DNA from: Aeromicrobium sp.
GTDB lineage: Bacteria; Actinomycetota; Actinomycetes; Propionibacteriales; Nocardioidaceae
Direction: 5' to 3'
DNA: 64,000 nucleotides
NCBI GenBank assembly: GCA_014377785.1
Contig: JACMOZ010000268.1
Span: forward strand, 5,424-69,423
Within the stretch, counting starts at the first letter, position 1; every line of letters starts with the position of its first letter. The notes under the pieces are model-generated. The model was not told where the DNA came from, made no database searches, and saw only the letters and a program-made list of their open reading frames with translations. A program made the position numbers and the translations under genes. Of this stretch, positions 60,652 to 64,000 are shown one piece after another.

Positions 60652-60974
60652 CGTCATCCCCAACTGACTCTATGGACTCCGTCCAGGAGGGGGCACCTCC
60701 CACGAGCGCAGCGAGGAGGGAAACGCTACGACCAACTGACGGAGTCGATTTCACAAGCGGAGGCCTGCGCTGTTATCGTTGAGGATGAAGTGGAGGTCCA
60801 CCTCCCACCTGCTCGGTTCTTGACCTTGAGGTATCCCGGTCGGCAGTGTTTTTTTGTCGAGCGAGTTGACGTGTCCGCGCGTGCGTGGAATATGTCGTTG
60901 GTGGCTTCCGTTTTATACGGTGGCCACATTTTTTATGTGCCACCAAGACCATACTTTCGACATCAGGAGGACCC

Positions 60975-61664
60975 ATCACCACAGATTTGCGCGTCAACGA
61001 GCGGATTCGTGTGCCAGAAGTGCGACTCGTTGGTCCCAACGGAGAACAAGTTGGCATCGTCCGTATTGAAGATGCCTTGCGTCTGGCTGAAGAAGCGGAC
61101 CTCGATCTTGTCGAGGTTGCTGCGACCGCCCGACCGCCTGTGTGCCGACTGATGGACTACGGCAAATACAAATACGAAGCCGCGCAAAAAGAACGTGAAT
61201 CACGGCGCAACCAGACCAACACGGTCATCAAAGAAATGAAGTTGCGGCCGAAAATCGATCAGCACGACTACGAGACCAAAAAGGGTCACGTCGTACGTTT
61301 CCTCAAAGCCGGCGACAAGGTCAAGATAACGATCATGTTCCGCGGACGTGAACAACACCGCCCCGAACTGGGTTACCGGTTGCTGCAGCGCCTCGCGGCT
61401 GACGTCGAAGACCTGGGATTCATCGAATCCAATGCTCGTCAAGATGGCCGCAACATGACGCTGGTCCTCGGCCCGCTGAAGAAGAAGTCCGAAGCGCAAG
61501 CCGAAGTCAAGGCCGAAAAGGTCAAGGCAGCAGGCGTGCTCGCCGCCGAACGAGAAGCCGACGCGGCAGCCGACAAGGCTCACCGCGAAGAATCCGAAAA
61601 GACTGCAACACCCAAAAAGCCGAGGCGACGCTCGGAGAACCTCGACCCAGACATGGAGGCATAA
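60975..61664 (+). CDS. infC: Translation initiation factor IF-3, apparently initiating at ATC
   Basis: The conserved N-terminus (I)[28 protein letters not shown] begins at ATC 60975, 4 nt after AGGAGG (60965-60970). No ATG, GTG or TTG lies at a plausible spacing. The protein has a Lys/Glu/Ala-rich C-terminal tail. Confidence 0.85.
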   Translation: MTTDLRVNERIRVPEVRLVGPNGEQVGIVRIEDALRLAEEADLDLVEVAATARPPVCRLMDYGKYKYEAAQKERESRRNQTNTVIKEMKLRPKIDQHDYETKKGHVVRFLKAGDKVKITIMFRGREQHRPELGYRLLQRLAADVEDLGFIESNARQDGRNMTLVLGPLKKKSEAQAEVKAEKVKAAGVLAAEREADAAADKAHREESEKTATPKKPRRRSENLDPDMEA

Positions 61665-61665
61665 A

Positions 61666-61860
61666 GTGCCGAAGTTCAAGCCCCACTCGGGCATGAAGAA
61701 GCGCATCAAGATCACCGGCAAAGGCAAACTGCGCCGTGAGCAGACCAACCGCCGTCACCTTTTGGAGTACAAGTCTTCTCGACGTACTCGCCGGCTTGCA
61801 GGCACCACCGATGTTGCCAAGGCCGACACCAAGCGCGTGAAGAAGATGCTCGGTCTCTGA
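61666..61860 (+). CDS. rpmI: 50S ribosomal protein L35
   Basis: 64 aa starting [22 protein letters not shown] (GTG start). Confidence 0.95.
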   Translation: MPKFKPHSGMKKRIKITGKGKLRREQTNRRHLLEYKSSRRTRRLAGTTDVAKADTKRVKKMLGL

Positions 61861-61901
61861 CCAGAGCTGACCCCAATCAACTGACTTAAAGGAGACATCA
61901 G

Positions 61902-62294
61902 ATGGCACGCGTCAAGCGGTCTGTCAACGCACAGAAAAAGCGCCGGGTTATTCTCGAGCGGGCCTCGGGTTACCGTGGCCAGCGCTCGCGTCTTTACCGC
62001 AAGGCCAAGGAGCAAGTCACCCACTCGCTCGTCTACTCCTACCGTGACCGCAAGCAACGCAAGGGCGATTTTCGTCGCCTGTGGATCCAGCGCATCAACG
62101 CTGCTGTCCGCGAGCAGGGTATGACTTACAACCGCTTCATCCAGGGCCTCAAGGCAGCCGGTGTCGAGGTCGACCGCAAGAACCTTGCCGAGCTGGCCGT
62201 CAATGAGCCTGCAGCGTTCGTCGCGCTCGTCGAGGTCGCCAAGGCAAACCTGCCTGCCGACGTCAACGCGCCGAAGGACGACGCTGCGGTCTGA
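61902..62294 (+). CDS. rplT: 50S ribosomal protein L20
   Basis: 130 aa starting [33 protein letters not shown] lies upstream. Confidence 0.96.
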   Translation: MARVKRSVNAQKKRRVILERASGYRGQRSRLYRKAKEQVTHSLVYSYRDRKQRKGDFRRLWIQRINAAVREQGMTYNRFIQGLKAAGVEVDRKNLAELAVNEPAAFVALVEVAKANLPADVNAPKDDAAV

Positions 62295-62326
62295 TCCGCA
62301 GCAGCAACGGTTAAAGAACGATTCGC

Positions 62327-63133
62327 GTGGCGAGTCCCGACCAGCCCGACGGGCTGACTATTCGATCTGCAAAGGTCAAATATGCGTCGAGGCTCGCCAC
62401 GCATTCATTTCGTACTCGAAATAAAGAGTTTCTCGCCGAGGGCCCGCAAACGGTCCGCGAGGCGCTGAAAGTCCGTGGCGCGGTCATCGAGATTTTCGTG
62501 ACCGCCGAGGCCGCTGAGCGGTACCCAGAGTTGGTTCCACCAAATGTTGACGTGCACCGTGTTGATGAGCGAGTCCTCAAGGTCATCGCCGACACAGTTC
62601 AGCCGCAAGGCATCATCGCGCGCTGTCATTTCGTCGACGGGGCAATGACCGAAGTCCTCGCGGTCAAGCCCAAACTCGTTGTGATTTGTGCCGACATACG
62701 TGATCCGGGAAATGCCGGCACCGTCATACGGTGCGCCGATGCCGCGGGAGCCGACGCGGTTATCTTCACCGGCAACAGCGTTGACCCGTTCAACCCGAAA
62801 GCCGTCCGGGCCAGCGTGGGCAGCCTCTTCCACCTTCGGCTCGTCCTCGCGAACGACACGGCGGCCGTCGTATCACAATTCAAGACGGCTGGCCTGACCG
62901 TTCTTGCCGCCGACGGCGCCGGGTCGCTCGACCTTTTCGCCGACGAAGACGCTCTCGTCGCGCCGACCGCCTGGCTGCTGGGCAACGAAGCCTGGGGGCT
63001 GCCCGACGACGTCGCCGCGCTCGCCGATCACACCGTCTCGATCCCCATCTTCGGCCGGGCCGAGAGCCTCAATCTCGCCACCGCGGCCGCCGTGTGTCTG
63101 TATGCGTCCGCGCGTGCCCACCGAACACGCTAA
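62327..63133 (+). CDS. TrmH/SpoU family RNA 2'-O-methyltransferase
   Basis: 268 aa with SpoU motifs (DPGNAGTVIRCADAAG, LLGNEAWGLP, IPIFGRAESLNLATAAAVCLY). It follows rplT, as is common in actinobacteria. Confidence 0.88.
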   Translation: MASPDQPDGLTIRSAKVKYASRLATHSFRTRNKEFLAEGPQTVREALKVRGAVIEIFVTAEAAERYPELVPPNVDVHRVDERVLKVIADTVQPQGIIARCHFVDGAMTEVLAVKPKLVVICADIRDPGNAGTVIRCADAAGADAVIFTGNSVDPFNPKAVRASVGSLFHLRLVLANDTAAVVSQFKTAGLTVLAADGAGSLDLFADEDALVAPTAWLLGNEAWGLPDDVAALADHTVSIPIFGRAESLNLATAAAVCLYASARAHRTR

Positions 63134-63142
63134 ATTCGCCGT

Positions 63143-64000
63143 ATGGACCTCGAAGAGTTTCCCGACGGCATCCTCATCGTCAACGAAGAGGGCATCATCG
63201 TCAGCGCCAACGCCGCGCTCAAACGATTGGCCAAGGTCCCCGACGAGATGATCCTCGGGCGACACCTCGCCGATGCCATGCCTCTGGACGACCTCAACGG
63301 GCACATGTGGTTCGAGTGCATGAAACCCTATGACGGACTCAACACGCGAACGAGGATTTCCGAGCAGTCGTGGTGGTCGCCCCGTGGCAACGAATTTCTG
63401 GTCACGGCGTCCCTGATCCGCGACAAACCGCGCGGGACCGTCGTCAAGGTCATTGTGGCTTTACGCAGCGCCCGCGTGCGCAACGTGCGGGACCGCGAAC
63501 GCTCTGATCTGGTGGCAACGGTGGCGCACGAGCTGCGTTCGCCGCTCACCGGCATCAAGGGATTCGCCTCGACGTTGTTGACCAAATGGGAGAAGTTCTC
63601 CGACGAACAACGGCAATTCATGCTGGAAACCGTCGACGCTGACGCTGACCGCCTGACTCGGCTGATCACCGAACTCCTCGATGCCGCGCGCATCGACTCC
63701 GGGCGGTTGACGCTCCGGCGCGGTCCGGTGCATCTCGATGAAGTCGTACGACGGGTATTGATCAACGTCTCGGCCGGCACCGGGCATCCCTTCGAACTCA
63801 CCATTCGCGACGATGTGCCGCTTATCTGGGGAGACGAGGATCGGCTCACCCAGGTCGTCACCAACCTGATCGAAAACGCCATGCGGCACGGCCACAGCCT
63901 CAAAGAAGTTATAGTCCAGAGGACCCTGCACCCCGATTTTTCCAGCGGTGTCTCGTTGCAGATCCACGACAACGGTCCGGGTATACCCGTCCAGGAGCGT
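63143..64000 (+). CDS. PAS domain-containing sensor histidine kinase (3' end outside window)
   Basis: This frame is open from ATG 63143 to the window end and is not in the ORF track because it has no stop. It has a PAS-like N-terminus (FPDGILIVNEEGIIVSAN), an H-box VAHELRSPLTGIKGF, an N-box VVTNLIENAMRHG and the start of a G1 box DNGPGIP. Confidence 0.85.
   Translation, partial: MDLEEFPDGILIVNEEGIIVSANAALKRLAKVPDEMILGRHLADAMPLDDLNGHMWFECMKPYDGLNTRTRISEQSWWSPRGNEFLVTASLIRDKPRGTVVKVIVALRSARVRNVRDRERSDLVATVAHELRSPLTGIKGFASTLLTKWEKFSDEQRQFMLETVDADADRLTRLITELLDAARIDSGRLTLRRGPVHLDEVVRRVLINVSAGTGHPFELTIRDDVPLIWGDEDRLTQVVTNLIENAMRHGHSLKEVIVQRTLHPDFSSGVSLQIHDNGPGIPVQER

Noticed and set aside
60690-60810. 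The two C-rich CACCTCCCAC segments in the infC leader as a 6C sRNA.
   Set aside because: The 6C motif has two hairpin loops with runs of at least six consecutive C residues and occurs in a different genomic context. Here the C runs are interrupted (CCTCCC) and lie in stems rather than loops.
60885-60974. GTG 60885 as the start of infC ([30 protein letters not shown] extension).
   Set aside because: The extension is encoded by AT-rich, hairpin- and T-run-containing leader sequence with atypical codons and has no SD. A strong AGGAGG sits immediately before ATC 60975, where the conserved IF-3 sequence begins.
1-64000. Mobile elements, prophage, defence islands, toxin-antitoxin pairs, and tRNA or rRNA genes.
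   Set aside because: - No transposase, integrase, recombinase, phage structural, restriction-modification, Cas, or TA-like ORFs were found in any frame.
- No tRNA T-loop or cloverleaf candidates were seen in the intergenic gaps.
- Gene content and order are those of the conserved actinobacterial core.

Overview
The window looks like a core, syntenic chromosomal segment of a GC-rich Actinomycetota genome; I cannot assign a genus from sequence alone. I call about 65 protein-coding genes. All are on the + strand except four: YeeE/YedE, a short-type aconitase, DUF349 and a PhoX-like phosphatase.

Gene order:
- ruvC(partial)-ruvA-ruvB, yajC-secD-secF, a lipoprotein, apt, relA
- (-) YeeE/YedE and aconitase-family gene, a lipoprotein, (-) DUF349
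- MBL hydrolase-hisS-aspS, rarA, a membrane protein-DUF6167-alaS-ruvX-mltG-aroE-prepilin peptidase
- aroC-aroK-aroB-M24 peptidase-efp-nusB
- an OpuC-type ABC transporter (4 genes)
- pyrR-pyrB-pyrC-carA-carB-pyrF, a lipoprotein, mihF-gmk-rpoZ-coaBC-metK
- (-) PhoX-like phosphatase, priA-fmt-rsmB-rpe
- FMN riboswitch-ribD-ribE-ribBA-ribH, hisE-hisG, PH-domain protein-SseB
- infC-rpmI-rplT, a TrmH-family methyltransferase, and a partial PAS sensor kinase

Many junctions are 1-8 nt start/stop overlaps (ATGA/GTGA), which suggests long translationally coupled operons. I see no rRNA, tRNA, CRISPR array, transposase, integrase, phage gene or recognisable defence gene.

I do not find a convincing new multi-gene system here. 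The most interesting unexplained signal is non-coding:
- A family of long intergenic inverted repeats sits at operon boundaries, in two linked sub-types with cores AAGATTTGGCCGCT and CAAGTTTCCCAG.
- A 24-bp near-perfect palindrome lies upstream of aroC.
- A 3x14-nt tandem repeat lies in an AT-richer leader.
- The infC leader is long and structured, and infC has an apparent ATC start.

Several start codons were re-picked by hand relative to the ORF track and remain uncertain by a few codons.
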